A DNA stretch of 64,000 bases, from assembly GCA_013115125.1 (NCBI GenBank), contig JABANN010000003.1, positions 62,001 to 126,000 on the forward strand. Reading direction: 5' to 3'. Below the pieces are notes generated by a model. It had not been told where the DNA came from. It did not search any database and was given only the letters and a program-made list of their open reading frames with translations. The translations under genes were made by a program, and so were the position numbers. Of the stretch, positions 1 to 12,774 are shown one piece after another. The stretch's first letter is position 1. Every line of letters begins with the position of its first letter. This DNA comes from Perkinsus olseni. Its lineage: Eukaryota.

Positions 1-51
1 TCAGAGATAATCTCAGACCTGCTGCTTCGTGTTGAAGATGGATCGACCCAT
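1..51 (-). CDS. Probable first exon of a gene running off the left edge (MGRSIFNTKQQ, then a GT donor)
   Basis: The reverse strand reads CAAAATG GGT CGA ... CAG CAG|GTCTGAG. Too short to identify. Confidence 0.3.
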
Positions 52-475
52 TTTGCCGTTTTGTGTTGCGAGTTGTCTACTTCGGATTCCCGGGTTGGAA
101 GACGGACGCTAGCCCACAGGGATCTTGGGATGTCTCGAGTTCGCTGCTCCTCGTTAAGAATGTGCCACCCTCGTGGAGTTCAGCAAAGTGGTGATTGTAA
201 CGCCGTCGCGGTGAATGGTAGAGCTGCACCGCGTGGCGGGTGAATATAGCTGCATCAAGCGCGGATGGAACCGGCGGGCATTCGCTCGGTGCAGGCGCTG
301 AGATGAGCGTGGGGGTTCGGTCGGTTGTGCGCTAATAAAAGGCGAGTTCCTAGTCGCATCACAGTCCTGCATTGACACACTACCGAGACGCGAGTGCGCC
401 GGTTGCAGTTGTCTTATCGGAATGGAGTTGACAATCACCTCATCAAGTTCTTTTTTCTTGGACTTCCGTTCAACA

Positions 476-2672
476 ATGAGCGTTTCTTCCGACTTTCTGC
501 AACCTGGTCACTGTACTGCTACTGCTGTAGATGGGGCGGCCACAGCTGACGGCGGCTGCATCGCAGCCACGAGTGCCGATGGTACCCCTTTGGACTTCCG
601 CCTCGTGTATGCCATCCCGTCAAGCAGGATAATATTAATGCAGTGACGGTCTTCTCTAGGTACATTCCTCCGAAGACGTACGGCCCTAATGGGAAGCGAG
701 CTATTTACAAGCAGTTCCAGGCCTATCCTCGTATCGTAGATGCGGCGAGGGCCCCCAGCTACGCCCCCACCAAGCCTGATCAGGAGCCTAGTAATCCCAT
801 CGGTTATATCGACATGCCTGAAGGGACAACTTACGGATATTGGGAAGCTGCCTACGGCCTCATGAACGAGGCTGGTCTTTGCATGGGCGAGAGTAGCTGC
901 AGTGGGCGTCTCGCCTCGATCCCTATAGGTGAGTGCGATTAGTCAGTAGCCTAAAGACGCGGACCAATTTTTCTGTTCCTTTTGTAGATGAAACCCCGAA
1001 CGGTGCTCTATTCTGGGTTGGAGAGCTGGCAAGCGTCGCTCTGGAGCTTTGTTCCACCGCCAGGAGTGCCATCGAAACCATGGGTCGTTTGGCAGAGGAG
1101 CACGGCTTCTACGGAACCACCGAGGTTGAGGAGGCTGGAGAGGCCTTGACTGTAGCTGACGGCGACGCGGCTTGGGTTTTCCACATCCTTGCTGACGACA
1201 CTGGTAAAGGGGCTATCTGGGCAGCCGAGAAGGTCCCTAAAGGCCACGCGACCATTGTTCCCAATGTTTTCGTCATTCGTGACATCGATCCCGAAGACAA
1301 GGAGAACTTCATGTTCTCTAAGAACATTTTTGATGTTGCGAAGAGGTAAGGTCTTCGCTGTGCTCCTAGTGTTCAGTCCTAGTGGGTTCTTTGCCTCAGG
1401 TTAGGTTGGTGGGATGGTGCTGGTCTTTTGGATTTCACCAAAACATACAGTGTTGGCGAGTGAGCTAGAAGCCTAGCGACAGAGTAGATCATCTCGAGAC
1501 TCCTAGATACACCCATCCCTATTATGCCGGTCGTCGTTTGTGGAGAGCATTTTCCTTGTGGGCCCCCTCCCAGAACTTCGATCCGAAGCTTGGCGTTGAA
1601 GTCGAGCGACCAACATACCCTTTCTCTGTGAAGCCTGATGAGCCGATAACCCTTGACCAGATGAAGAGGTTATACCGAGATCACATGGAGGGTACTCAGT
1701 ATGATTTGACCAGCCACGCGACAGCTGGCGGAGCTTTTAGAACCCCTAACACTGTTAGGCTAACAGGTAAGTTGCCCACGCTTTTTATTGGGGGTTCGAG
1801 GGGAATAATATTGTTATGTATTGGTCGTAGATACGCCGAAGGCGAAGCCGAAGATTCGATTGAGTACGGTGCCTGGGAGCGAGCGATCTCTCTTTTCCGG
1901 ACTCAGTACGCTTATATTGCTGTGAGCTACAAGGGACGTCCCGGGGTGCTCAACTTCGCCATAGGTGAGCAACATGCTCGACGTCTTTTTTATCTCATAC
2001 GCTGGCGTTGATCAGGCGCTCCACACGCAAGCGTGTTCGTACCCATCGTCGTGAAGCCGAAGCCGAGCGTGGTAAGTTACAAGACACACCGTAATTCGCT
2101 AATTGCGTTGAACTCAGACATCTATTCCCGCACTGGAAAACGCTTGGCAGGGTGAGTTCAACGAGAAGTCGTTGTGGTGGGCTGTCCTGAGTGTTTCCAA
2201 TACTATGGACTTGAAGTGGTGCTACATGATCAAGGATGTCCAGAAGGCGCAGAAGGAAGCCGAAGATGAAATTGACGAGATAATGAAGACCAAGTCTCTT
2301 GATGGTGAGTGTAACTACGCCATCTGCCGTTGCGAGCCGTCTTGCTTCTCAGAGATCGAGAAGCAGACACCTGAACTGTGCGACACTCTAACTCGCCGTT
2401 GGTTCAAGCTGCATTACACACTTTTAGGGAAGTACCAGAACGGATACACCGACTGGGGTTATTCAAAGGTAAGATAGTCTCCGGAAAAGCCTTCCATGTC
2501 GTTCGCTACGCCTGTCTTTATTCTTTAGCCCGGTTATGGTCCCACTACGGAGTGGCTGAAGGCAGTCGGATTCGACAAGTTCGACGCTACCAAGAAGCAG
2601 TTCGATGATCAGAAGGAGCGCTTCGCAAAAAGCCAAAGAGACGCGGATGATATCCGTAGTAGGAACGAATAA
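476..2672 (+). CDS. Peptidase C69 (dipeptidase A/secernin-like Ntn hydrolase), copy 1, multi-exon
   Basis: HCTATAVDG N-terminal nucleophile Cys, then MNEAGLCMGESSC, LELCSTARSAIETMG, GEALTVAD, PNVFVIR, RRLWR, YPFSVKPD and WERAISLFRT. Exons are joined by GT-AG introns. A 14-nt insertion sits at 1751-1764 (see findings). Confidence 0.85.
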
Positions 2673-2960
2673 GCTCAGCTGGGTTGGCGCACCGTTTTCC
2701 GGGGGCCCTGCCCGGCTTCTGTTACTTTCTTGTTTACCGTCTCCTGCGGGGTAAAGTTTTAGTTTTACTGGCTCTGTTGGAGTTTTTTCTTTGATCGTTG
2801 TACTGCAAATGTTGTGTTGGAGGTCTCACTGAAGTTCCAATCTCAGCTAGAATTTTTGTGCGCACTAAGTGTAAATGTTTGGGCTGTCGCTAGTACGATG
2901 TGAAGACAGCAAAACTCCATCTTCCTGACATTTATTAATATCTTAGTTTACCTGCTTTAA

Positions 2961-5459
2961 ATGTGTAGATTATCTTTGTTACTCTTGAGCGGTTTGGGCT
3001 TGGCTTTGGGGACCAGCGTCGAGGTAAGATAAAGATGCGTGCTTTCTCGTTCAGCTGACCGTTCAGGGACTTTAGATCATCTCTTTTTAAGTTTACCGTA
3101 GATGCAGGGTTTGAGCTCTTTTGACACGTTCTCGCTTTTTTAGGGCCCTAGAGATCGAGTACGTCAAGACCATGATCATTGCACTGCAATCGCGGTTGAT
3201 CGCGCTGCGACAATAGACGGTGGTTGTGTTTCTGGAACAAGTGCAGATGGGAGCCCAATTGATTTCAGGATGGTGTAGGTATCATCCAGGATGCGGTTAA
3301 TGAAGTTGTGAGCGTCAGGTACGTTCCTCCGAAGACTTATGGCGCTGGGGAGAAGAGGGCTGTCTACAAGCAAGTGGACGATTATCCGAGGATCGTCGAT
3401 GCCTCCCGAGCCCCGAGTTATGCGCCAACCTCGCCCGATCAGAAGCCTAGTGTACCTATTGGTTACATCGATATGCCTGAGGGCACGACTTACGGCTACT
3501 GGGATGCCGCTTATGGTGTCATGAATGAAGCTGGCTTGTCAATGGGTGAAAGCAGCTGTAGCGGTCGGTTGGCTGCTGAGCCGAGAGGTAACAGACTGCA
3601 TGGGTGCTCCTTCTGATATGAAATGCGTTAACGGGTTTGCGGACAAACTCTCCGGAAATCACAATTGACTAGCTAAGTCTCTGAATTATCATGTTTTTTT
3701 TCTCAGAGGACGAGTCCGATACCTCCAAAGCCCTCCTTTGGATCGGAGAACTCTCAGACATTGCCATGGAACGGTGTGCCACTGCCAGGTGTGCTATCGA
3801 GACGATGGGCGGTTTGGCGGAGAAGTATGGGTTTTATGGCACTACCTCGGTTGTGGAAGCCGGTGAGGCCTTGACCATTGCTGATAAGTCCGAGGCTTGG
3901 GTGTTCCACATTATGGCTGATGATACTGGAAAGGGAGCTATCTGGGCAGCCCAAAGAGTTCCCAAGGGTCACGCGACAATGGTACCTAATGTCTTCGTCA
4001 TTCGAGAGATTGACCCTGACGATTCCCAGAACTTCCTATTCTCGAAGAACATATTCGATGTGGCCGAGAGGTATCAACACGAGGGCGGGATCGCTGTGTA
4101 ACCACTCGAGGAGTATTTCGTGGCCGTAGACGGTCTGTGCTGGGCGCTTCAAAGAATGTCTTGCGCTTTCAGGCTCGGTTGGTGGGATGGCGCTGGCAAG
4201 CTCGACTTCGTCAAAGTTTACAGCGTGAGCGAGTAAGTTGATGATGCCTTGTGAATGCGGGCTATCTGGCAATTGGTAGATACGATCACCCCTATTATGC
4301 TGGGCGTCGTTTGTGGAGAGGTCTTTCACTATTCGCGCCATCGCTCAACCTCGATCCCAGACTTGGTGTCGAGTGGGACCGAGCCACCTACCCTTTCTCC
4401 GTGAAGCCTGATGAGCCAGTTACGGTTGATTTCCTCAAAAATTTGTATAGAGATCACTACGAAGGGACTCCGTATGATCTAACTAAGAATGTCGTTGCTG
4501 GCGGCCCTTTCAACACACCCAATAGGTACGTACATCCTGAGTAGAAGTTTATCAATCTCTTTTTAACCGTCGTCCGCAGGTATGATGGTGCTGAGGCTGA
4601 GAAGTCTTTCAAGCACGGTGCATGGGAGCGCGCTATATCGCTATATCGAACGCAGTACTCGTACTTCGCTGTATCCTATCAGAATAAGTCGAATATTATT
4701 TTCTTCGCTCCAGGTAAGTGCCCTAGCGGCTTCCCGACGCAACTTCCAAGCTTCCTTTCAGGCACTCCTCATGCGAGCGTTTATGTTCCTATCGTAGTAA
4801 AGCCTCATCAGTCTGTGGTAAGTTTCTGGTCTCAGAAGGCTCGTATCGGTTATCGTGCGTTCTCCATTCAGACGTCAATTCCTGCTCTCGAGTATGCGTG
4901 GCAGGGGGAGTTCAATCGTAGCTCTCTGTGGTGGGCTGTGCTGTCTGTGTCCAATGTCATGGACTTGAAGTACCGCTATATGATCGAAGATGTTCGCAAG
5001 GCTCAAGTGGAAGTTGAAAGCGAGATCGATAAGATGTTATTGGACAAGTCGGATGACGGTATGACTTAGGAGCGACGCTCTCGTATGTCCATCGTTTTGT
5101 GCTGTTCAGAAATTGAGGAGGCCATGCCTGGTTTCTGTGACGACTTGACCAGAAAGTGGTTCGACCTCACTTTCACCTTACTCGGCAAATATCAGAATGG
5201 ATATGCTGATTGGGGTTACACTAAGGTGAGTTACCTGGACTAGTATCATTCTTTCATCGATCGGTCATGATCCCAGGTCGGATATGGCCCGTCGACTGAG
5301 TGGCTCGAGCGTGCCGGATTCGGTAGATTCGCAGCTTCCAAGAAGCAATTTAAGGATCTCAGAAGGCGCTATGCGAAGTGCCAGAACGAAGCTGACGAGA
5401 TACGAAGCAGAATCAGAGGTCAAGCCTTTGAAGCTGAGGCTGTTGTCATCACGGAGTAG
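2961..5459 (+). CDS. Peptidase C69, copy 2, with signal peptide, multi-exon
   Basis: MCRLSLLLLSGLGLALG signal-like exon 1, then DHCTAIAVD. Same motifs and matching intron positions as copy 1. Confidence 0.88.
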
Positions 5460-6021
5460 TCAACAGATAATCGCGGAAGCGCAAATCATAAATAGAGCAG
5501 GAAATTATCTGTCATATTAGGGTGCGTGTTTCATTGTTGGAGGCAGTCTTGTTGTGCACTCAAGTTAATAAAGTGGGTGATTCTACTTAATACATATCTC
5601 ACAACTTGCGACCGAATGGTAGACGAGTGGTTCATGATATTGAGCACGGCGAAGATCATCGTGGAGCCTTATAGGTAGTATTATACTAGCATACCCGGCA
5701 GTTACTCTAGAATTAAGTCGTTTGCAACCGAGTCTGCTGTACTTTCAACTCCGCGCACCTCATGGAGACCTAGCAGTAATCGGGAGAGAAAGTTTTACTT
5801 CAGCTGAATCACCTGCTAATGCCTGCGTTTACACAGTAGTGCGCCCATGCGCCCATGAGCCGTGTTCCAACTCGAAACTTACAGAGGAGTGGAGTGTGGT
5901 GCACTCCCCTCTCCTTGGGAGGACGTTCACTGGCACTTTATACTGAGGGAAACTCGAGTCGAGGGATAACATAGAAACACTTCCGCGCTGAGAAGGGGCA
6001 CCGATCATAGCTCTCAATCCC

Positions 6022-7169
6022 TTAATCTTTCTCAGCAATCGCGTTCAGATGCTCATCAATCTCTGACGGAGTGAGTTTCCTGAAAGACAATAACTGCACA
6101 GAGAAAGCACCCTCCGACATAAGTGACTACCTGAACCTGGTGTCTCGGGTGCTCATGACGCATACCTCAATGTCGCTCGGCTTGAAATCCGTCGACAAAA
6201 CCTATGGTGGAACATGAATTCTCTGAACCGAAGGACCGACTGGAAAGCCACCAAGTATTACTGTCTGCAAGGCAGCAATTGCCTCTTCAATGGTGCCTGT
6301 TTCATCGAAGCCCTCAGTAGCGCCGGAATCCACTCTCTTTCGGACTATCTTTTCCAGCGCATTCGTGGCTTCCTGCAGGGGTCAGACAGAAGTAGCTCGC
6401 TAACAGATTTGAGCATGGTACTACCTGTTCCTTGGTGCCAGCTGCAGCAGCCTTGCAGCCCACATAATGTCCCGCAGGATCTACCTTCAATAGTTGAGGG
6501 CCAAACTCGTCGTCAATGCCGAAGAACAAAGCAACTGCAGAGTAAACACTCGTGAGACTCCTGCAGGGCTTTAGGTGGTCTACTTACTGACGCCATAGGG
6601 TCGCATATAAGCATGCTGGGTGTAGACCTGGGCCAAGTTAGCGATCTTCTTAGCTAGATAGTGGCAAGGGATCTCGCAACCGTTCTTATCCTCATACCTG
6701 CGAGAAAATCTAGATTTTCCACTTCGTACGGGTAGCAGCTTACTCAGCAGCGGTTTCACGCGCCCTATTGACGAGAGCTCGAGCATCGGCGGGCATGCCA
6801 GCAGTGACAACTCCCAGGTTGGAGGTGATGCGATAGATCGAGTTGGTGAAAGAGCCATCCTGGAGCTTATCCTGAAAAAACACCGAGTCGAAGTTGCCAG
6901 AGAAAACTATCGAGTTTCGCGAAGCATGTACACTCACCGGAATCTTCTTTTGGCCAACAACAGCTACCGTATTCTGCCCCTTCAATGCAAGGCATGTTAA
7001 ACCAGATGTCTTCACGGCTTTGAAAGCATATTCAACCTGATGTCAAACTCTCGCGGTACTCAAGAGCACGCAAGTAGACATACGACCCGTCACACGTTAC
7101 TACCTGATAAAGGCGCCCCTCGGGACTGAAGATTGTGATATGACGGTCGTAACCGGACTGGCGGGACAT
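6022..7169 (-). CDS. PSMA6: 20S proteasome subunit alpha type-6 (alpha-1)
   Basis: [53 protein letters not shown]; ends [12 protein letters not shown]. Confidence 0.95.
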
Positions 7170-7327
7170 TTGACCAAAAAAATCCAACGCAGCTGAACAG
7201 TATGAGGATACTCACATTGCCAAGACGCTGTCAACACAACGCCTTGACGGAAGGCAAGTATTAAATGTCACAAAAACGCGGGAACAGGAAGTCCCGAAGT
7301 CAATCACGACCATCCAGGCAGTAACAC

Positions 7328-9773
7328 TCATGATGGTGTAGCACATGCGAAGAGGCGATCATTGGGCATAGCCGGGGGTGCAGCAAACTCTGCCTCCAGA
7401 TCCGCTATTTCCGAGTAGGTTACGTCGGGGATGACCACCGAATTCATGGCGTCCAGGAAGGCCTCTCTGTCGCCACCAATGATCTCCCGAGTGTCCCTCA
7501 GCAGAAGCATGAGACACTCGTCAAAATCACGATCCCGTAGACGCTCATCCAAGATATCAAGAATCGCTATCCCGGCAGCATAGAGTACAGGCTCCTTGTC
7601 CAATAGGTAGAGGTCCCATACCAATGCCGCTGACTCGGTAGTTAACGGCCTGGAATACAGCGTCAGGAACCACATAGGGAGGAACTGATCCGGGCTGATT
7701 CCGACATCTGTCAAGTGCCGGTGGAGTGCTGGATTATGAGCCTTCAGGAGCTTCATGAAGATCCGAAAGCGTCGGCTATTAGTCTCAACGTTGAGCTGGT
7801 AGAGGCCTAGCAGTGTCGGTGAGCTCAACAGGAGTGATGCGAGGCAGACGAAGGCACCGAACGGGTCCATATAGAGGAGAAGCATCGCCGCCAGAAAAGA
7901 CATACCTTTCAAGCAACACCTACATGGTCAACCACGGGTGAGCCTCCTCACCTTGGACATAGCCGATGTCCGGTCTATACATAGCGAACGCAGAAAGGAC
8001 TAGACGGCACTCCTGCCGCAGAGGACCGTCAGGCACGCACATCACCGCGAGATCGGGTAATGTTCTAGGTAGGTCCAGGTCAATGGCTCGGAGCTGCGCC
8101 ATGAACGACCCTAATTGAAGTGATCACAGAGCATCGAAGAAGAGTCCAGGAAGGTCGATTGCTTACCCGGCTCCACTCGTCCACTTGGTGATGCGTCCTC
8201 GGCGAGCGCCATCGTGTTCACGGCTGCCAACCATCTGTTTTCCTCGGCTCTGCAAAGGTGACACTTCCTGGTGTGACACAGTAGCCCACGGATGATTACT
8301 TCGCCTTCCTCACGAGCATCTCGTACAAGCTCCTAGTGACCCTTAGAGGGTTACCTATCGCAGCGGGCCATAGCGCAGTCCGGGCCCGTGGCGGGAGCCC
8401 GTGTCTGCGCCACATTGACGCCATCCGATACGGTACTGGCCGATGGGGCAGGTAGTTCGGCAGGAAGTCCTTCATCCATACCTGCACCCGAAGATCAAAG
8501 GCAGGACTGACCTCACACCAAGGGATTCTACCTCCGTTAGTCTCTCAAGTGCTCTCTGCCGCTCATCACGAGCGCTACTTTCCCTGCAACGTCTAAGCTT
8601 GCCTTGTTCGAGAACCTCCGCGACCTGCAGGAAACATAGATGGGAATAATAACGTCGCTGCCATCTACGCAATACCTGTGCTTGGTGCCTACAACGCTCC
8701 AACCAGGACTTAGCAGGGAGATGGGCGGGTCTGAATGACCGAATGTCGGTTTGCCTGTCATCGGTATGGCACCGATGCTTCCCACCAGCCGATACAGTGT
8801 AGAGGAAAAGTATATACCGAGGGACCATGAGGAGGTCGCTCAGCCGGTATCCGTCTTTCGGGTGCTCCCCTTTAATCACACCGGCTTTGCCGGAAGAGTC
8901 GAAGACAACATAAGAACCAGAGGGTGATGCCACAACGCTGGTCGAGCCCAGAGTCCCAACAAGCTGACACTCTGCCGGGCACTCTATCCGTTGAAGGGCT
9001 GCTGACTGAGGACGCTGGCCACCCCAGACAAGAACTTTTTTGAAATGCTGGTAGGTGTTGCTGCAGCAGGCACACATCGCCACCGAGTGATCGCTCCCAC
9101 AGGCCAGCGTAGGGCTGCATCTCGGACACAATAGTGAAGCCACCGACTGGATGAGGATTGGAGCAGGCACCACGTCGGGGGCATCTGCCTGAACTTGGCC
9201 GTAGTAGTTGTTGCCCCAGCCGTACAAACCGTTCTCATCAGTGAGCACCACGACATGTTCCGGACCCACTGCTGCAGACCGTGCCCGGCCAGGGAGTGTC
9301 ACCCGACCAGGGGTAGAAACTTTGCTCGCACCTCCGTGGCCAAGAGCGCCCAAGAGGGATAAGCCCCACGTGTAGACATCGCCGGCGCGACTGAGTGCCA
9401 GCAGAAAACTGGTACCCGCATGCAGCTGATCAACTACTATGTCCTTCAAGGGGAGGAACGGTTGAGGACGCTCCCCCAGGGTAACCACCCGACCATCTTG
9501 TAAGAGAGCGTAGTGATGGCCTGTCCTCATGGATACAGCCACAGGCTCGCACTTGATGTCAGTAGGCAAGTCGGACGCCTCAGGGAACACTTCAAAAACC
9601 TGGGAGCCCCATACAAGTACAGCGATGTCCGGACCGACTCTTGACGCAAGGGAGAGGCGAGGGCTGGTGCTAGTCGAGTCACGCGCTGGGACCGGCAGCT
9701 CGATCTCGATAGTCGGAGACTCTGGTGACTCCGTAGAAAGCAGCGCAACCACCGCACCTGCTGACGACGCCAT
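7328..9773 (-). CDS. RCC1-repeat plus Rab-GAP TBC domain protein (TBC1D12/14-like C-terminus)
   Basis: RCC1 repeats (VYTWG..GALGHG, LYGWGNNYYGQV, LACGSDHS); RPAHLPAKS segment; TBC motifs IDLDLPRT (Arg finger), YVQGM (Gln finger), WFLTLYSR and VWDLYL. Confidence 0.88.
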
Positions 9774-9901
9774 GGCGGTAGCCAATACGATCTGAACATC
9801 GAAGAAGAAAGGTCCGAGACGCCAACGCAAGCCGACGAAAGGAAGCAGGAAAGATGGGTGATAATATAGTGCGGTCCAGTCGTAGTACAGCGCAGGAGAA
9901 A

Positions 9902-11123
9902 CTAATCCTCTTTATGGTCTTCGCTTTCCCTAGGCTTCTCACTCTCGTCTCTGCGGGCGCTCTTTTGACGGCTCTCGCTCTTATCTCGTGAAGCGCTCCG
10001 CTTCCGGTCATCATCACCTCCACGGCTTGAGCTCCTCTGTCGGCTACGGTCGCGGCTATCCTCACGGCGAGAGGTACTGCGATGTGTAGACTCATCTCGA
10101 GACTTGGAATGGCGCGAAGCGCTGCGACGAGGGCTCTTGGTAGTGGGCCTCTCTTCGCTCTTTCTGCTACTGCGCTCGCGCTTCTCAGAACCCTCACGTG
10201 GGCTATCACTTCGATGCTCCTCCGCCACGCGATCCTCAGAGCGATCAGCATCGCGGCTTCTAGACCGGCTCTCCCGATGCTCGCGTCGGCTTCGGGAACG
10301 GCGGGACTCGGAATGATCAGCTTCTCGCGACTTGGAGGTTTCCTCATGGGGTTCACTTCGGTCCCTGGAATGGCTGGCATGCTCCTTCTCACTGCGGCTC
10401 CTAGAGCGGCGCTCGGAACGCTCATCTCTGCGAGAAGTCCTCGATCTCGACTCGTGGCGCGACCGCTCCCTGTCTTCGACCTTTGAAGTAGATGAGCGAT
10501 CGCGGCTGTCCTCATTCTTCCTGGGAGATTCCGAATAGGAGCCACGTCGATCTCGGCTGTCTGACCTGAAAACAGAAAGCTAGAGAACCATACTGGCCAT
10601 CGAGAAGATTCTGATGCGTATCACTACTTACCGACTGTCGTAGGAACCAGAGCGAGACCTGGACGACCTTGAGCTTGATCGAGACCTTGAATAGGACCGG
10701 GACCGAGAACGGTAGCTGCGTCCACGACGAGATCGGCCGCGCGAGTAGCTGCGACTCCTCGACCGACCGTAACGCCTGCGGCCATAACCCCGCGAGGGAG
10801 AGCGGTAGTACCTCCGTACTCTGTCCCTGAAGTGCAACTACTCGGTGAACCACAGAAGCTGCAGCACAAAGCACAAATCCTCACCTGGGGCCGGCCTTCG
10901 CCCACTGTAAGTTCAACGTGTTGCCGTCAACTCGAGCGGAAGCCATGCCACGGTAGGCGTCTTCCGCGTCACGCTCGTCGTCGTACTCCACAAAGCAGAT
11001 GTTCTTTCCCGGAGGAATGTAGCATCTTATAACGCGGCCGTAACGCCCGAACTCGTCCTTGATGTCACGCTCGGTTGTACGCGAAGAGATGTTCCCCACG
11101 TACAGAGTGTTGCGGCTATACAT
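9902..11123 (-). CDS. SR-family splicing factor (RRM plus long RS domain)
   Basis: RNP2 LYVGNI and RNP1 ICFVEY followed by RS/RD dipeptide-rich exons. Confidence 0.9.
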
Positions 11124-12002
11124 AGGGGGAAGGGTAGTGGGACCGAACGCTCTGCAAACAACGAAAAATAAGGCTCATACGACGAGCTCATTCAGCCGAA
11201 AGCGACTACTGCAGACTGAATAAACTGAAGCGGGCCTGAGGGAACCAGTAGTCGTCAAGGAGAGGGTGGAAGCAGAGACACCGTTATCCCTTTAACGCTA
11301 CCCGTCGAAGCTAACGGTCAGCTATACGTGGATCCCCGATTGGACAAGCGTGGAACGGTTGGGGAGGGGGCCGGAGGACTATAACACAGCAATGATACGA
11401 GATGAGGACATACAAACGCAGTGTTAGCATTAATCGTACAGTTGTTAGACCTCACCACGATAGCTACCATAACAATCGGGCTAGTGCCTGTCAATCGTGG
11501 GCGAGGAGAGCGGGAGGCAACTCGTAGTCCTGACCTTCCCCCGATGTCCTCGCGCTTGAGCATAATACTTCTAGCCCTACTATACTCCAAGGAGAGAAAT
11601 CAGCGTAAGCGGGTTTGCTTGCGGGTTCCTGCGATGATGGCAACCGTGGAGGAAACTTGAGAAAGCAAGATCGCTCAAGATGGTTCTCGGTTGTCGTTCC
11701 GATCGTCCACTTGCTCGACTCCAGTATGCCGTTGTTCCCGTCTGCCTATCGCTCGCGGCTGTTCGATTGTAGCCACGAAGAACGATTGTAACCCACGACG
11801 GAGCCTCTACGCAAGATAGCAGTAATCAAACATACCTATTCCACCAACAATTGGTCGGCCTGCCCGTGCGAGCGCTGTTTGTTTGCTTGGCTGGTCGACG
11901 TTGATGAGCGTATCGCTCGTGATTCGTATTGTACAGCATGTCGAACGGCTATAATTTAGTTTCAGAAGATCCTCCCTAGTTTACTGCTCTTGATTTTAAC
12001 GA

Positions 12003-12482
12003 ATGGCCAAGACCGCGACCTTCCGGACCTCACAGCGAGGTAAAGTGGTTTGCATAGTCGACGACAACGTCTACCATATGCAGCGAGTCTACAAGGATCG
12101 GGTCTACTGGTCGTGCAAGTCTCGAGCGAAAGGCTGCAAGGCCCGGCTCGTAACCTCGGGAGATGAGGTGGTGAAGCAAAGCCACGAGCACTGCTGCGGT
12201 CTGAGCACGCGGGGAGTTTCCCGGGCCAACTTCTCGTTTACTATGCCGTACAACACACCCGTGGAGGGTCCGAACTCTTCGACGACGGCCATGCCAGCGC
12301 CGTCGGAGGCAGCTGTCACCTCTGCGCCGCTTGATTTCACTGGTCAGCAGATCCTCTGTGACGGCACGATGTTGCAGGGTTATCCTATCCCTCCGGAGGC
12401 GCAGGTCACCGTAGAATTGGATGATGCAATTCGGAATTCTCCGCAGGTTCCCGACGCTCCCGTTGATCCTTTGCTCTGCTGA
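12003..12482 (+). CDS. FLYWCH-type zinc-finger protein, single exon
   Basis: F-TSQRGK..C..D..VY...YWSC....KGCKARLVT.......HEH pattern typical of the FLYWCH (WRKY-GCM1 fold) domain, followed by a Pro/Ala-rich tail. Confidence 0.75.
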   Translation: MAKTATFRTSQRGKVVCIVDDNVYHMQRVYKDRVYWSCKSRAKGCKARLVTSGDEVVKQSHEHCCGLSTRGVSRANFSFTMPYNTPVEGPNSSTTAMPAPSEAAVTSAPLDFTGQQILCDGTMLQGYPIPPEAQVTVELDDAIRNSPQVPDAPVDPLLC

Positions 12483-12774
12483 TTCGTTCTTTGTATCATC
12501 TCGTGTAAGTTAGCTGTCACTTTTCTGTTGTGCACCATTAACAATAGCTTCGCTGATGACCGGGGTTGCGTTTGCACGGTTGGCGGTCGATGTCTTCTCA
12601 CGGTCAGCGTGCGTTGGACTTTACTATAGTCTTCACAAAATCTCGTCACTTCATCTGGTTGCCTCATGTTTGTTTTATAGCCAGCAGTATCACCTGCTGT
12701 AGGGCCTTAGTGATCTAACATAGCACTCATCTCTCAGTTGTCGTGCTTCGACGGCTTCTTTTGAGCCTTATCCA

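Noticed and set aside
3588-3707. Possible C/D-box snoRNA in a longer intron
   Set aside because: CTGA is present, but there is no canonical RTGATGA box or terminal stem.
9529-10905. Long overlapping or antisense ORFs (e.g. 9679-10545, 10082-10486)
   Set aside because: Alternative-frame shadows of the RS-rich and GC-rich coding sequence of the SR and RCC1 genes.
11900-12700. Mutator transposon around the FLYWCH ORF
   Set aside because: No transposase catalytic domain, terminal inverted repeats or target-site duplication detected.
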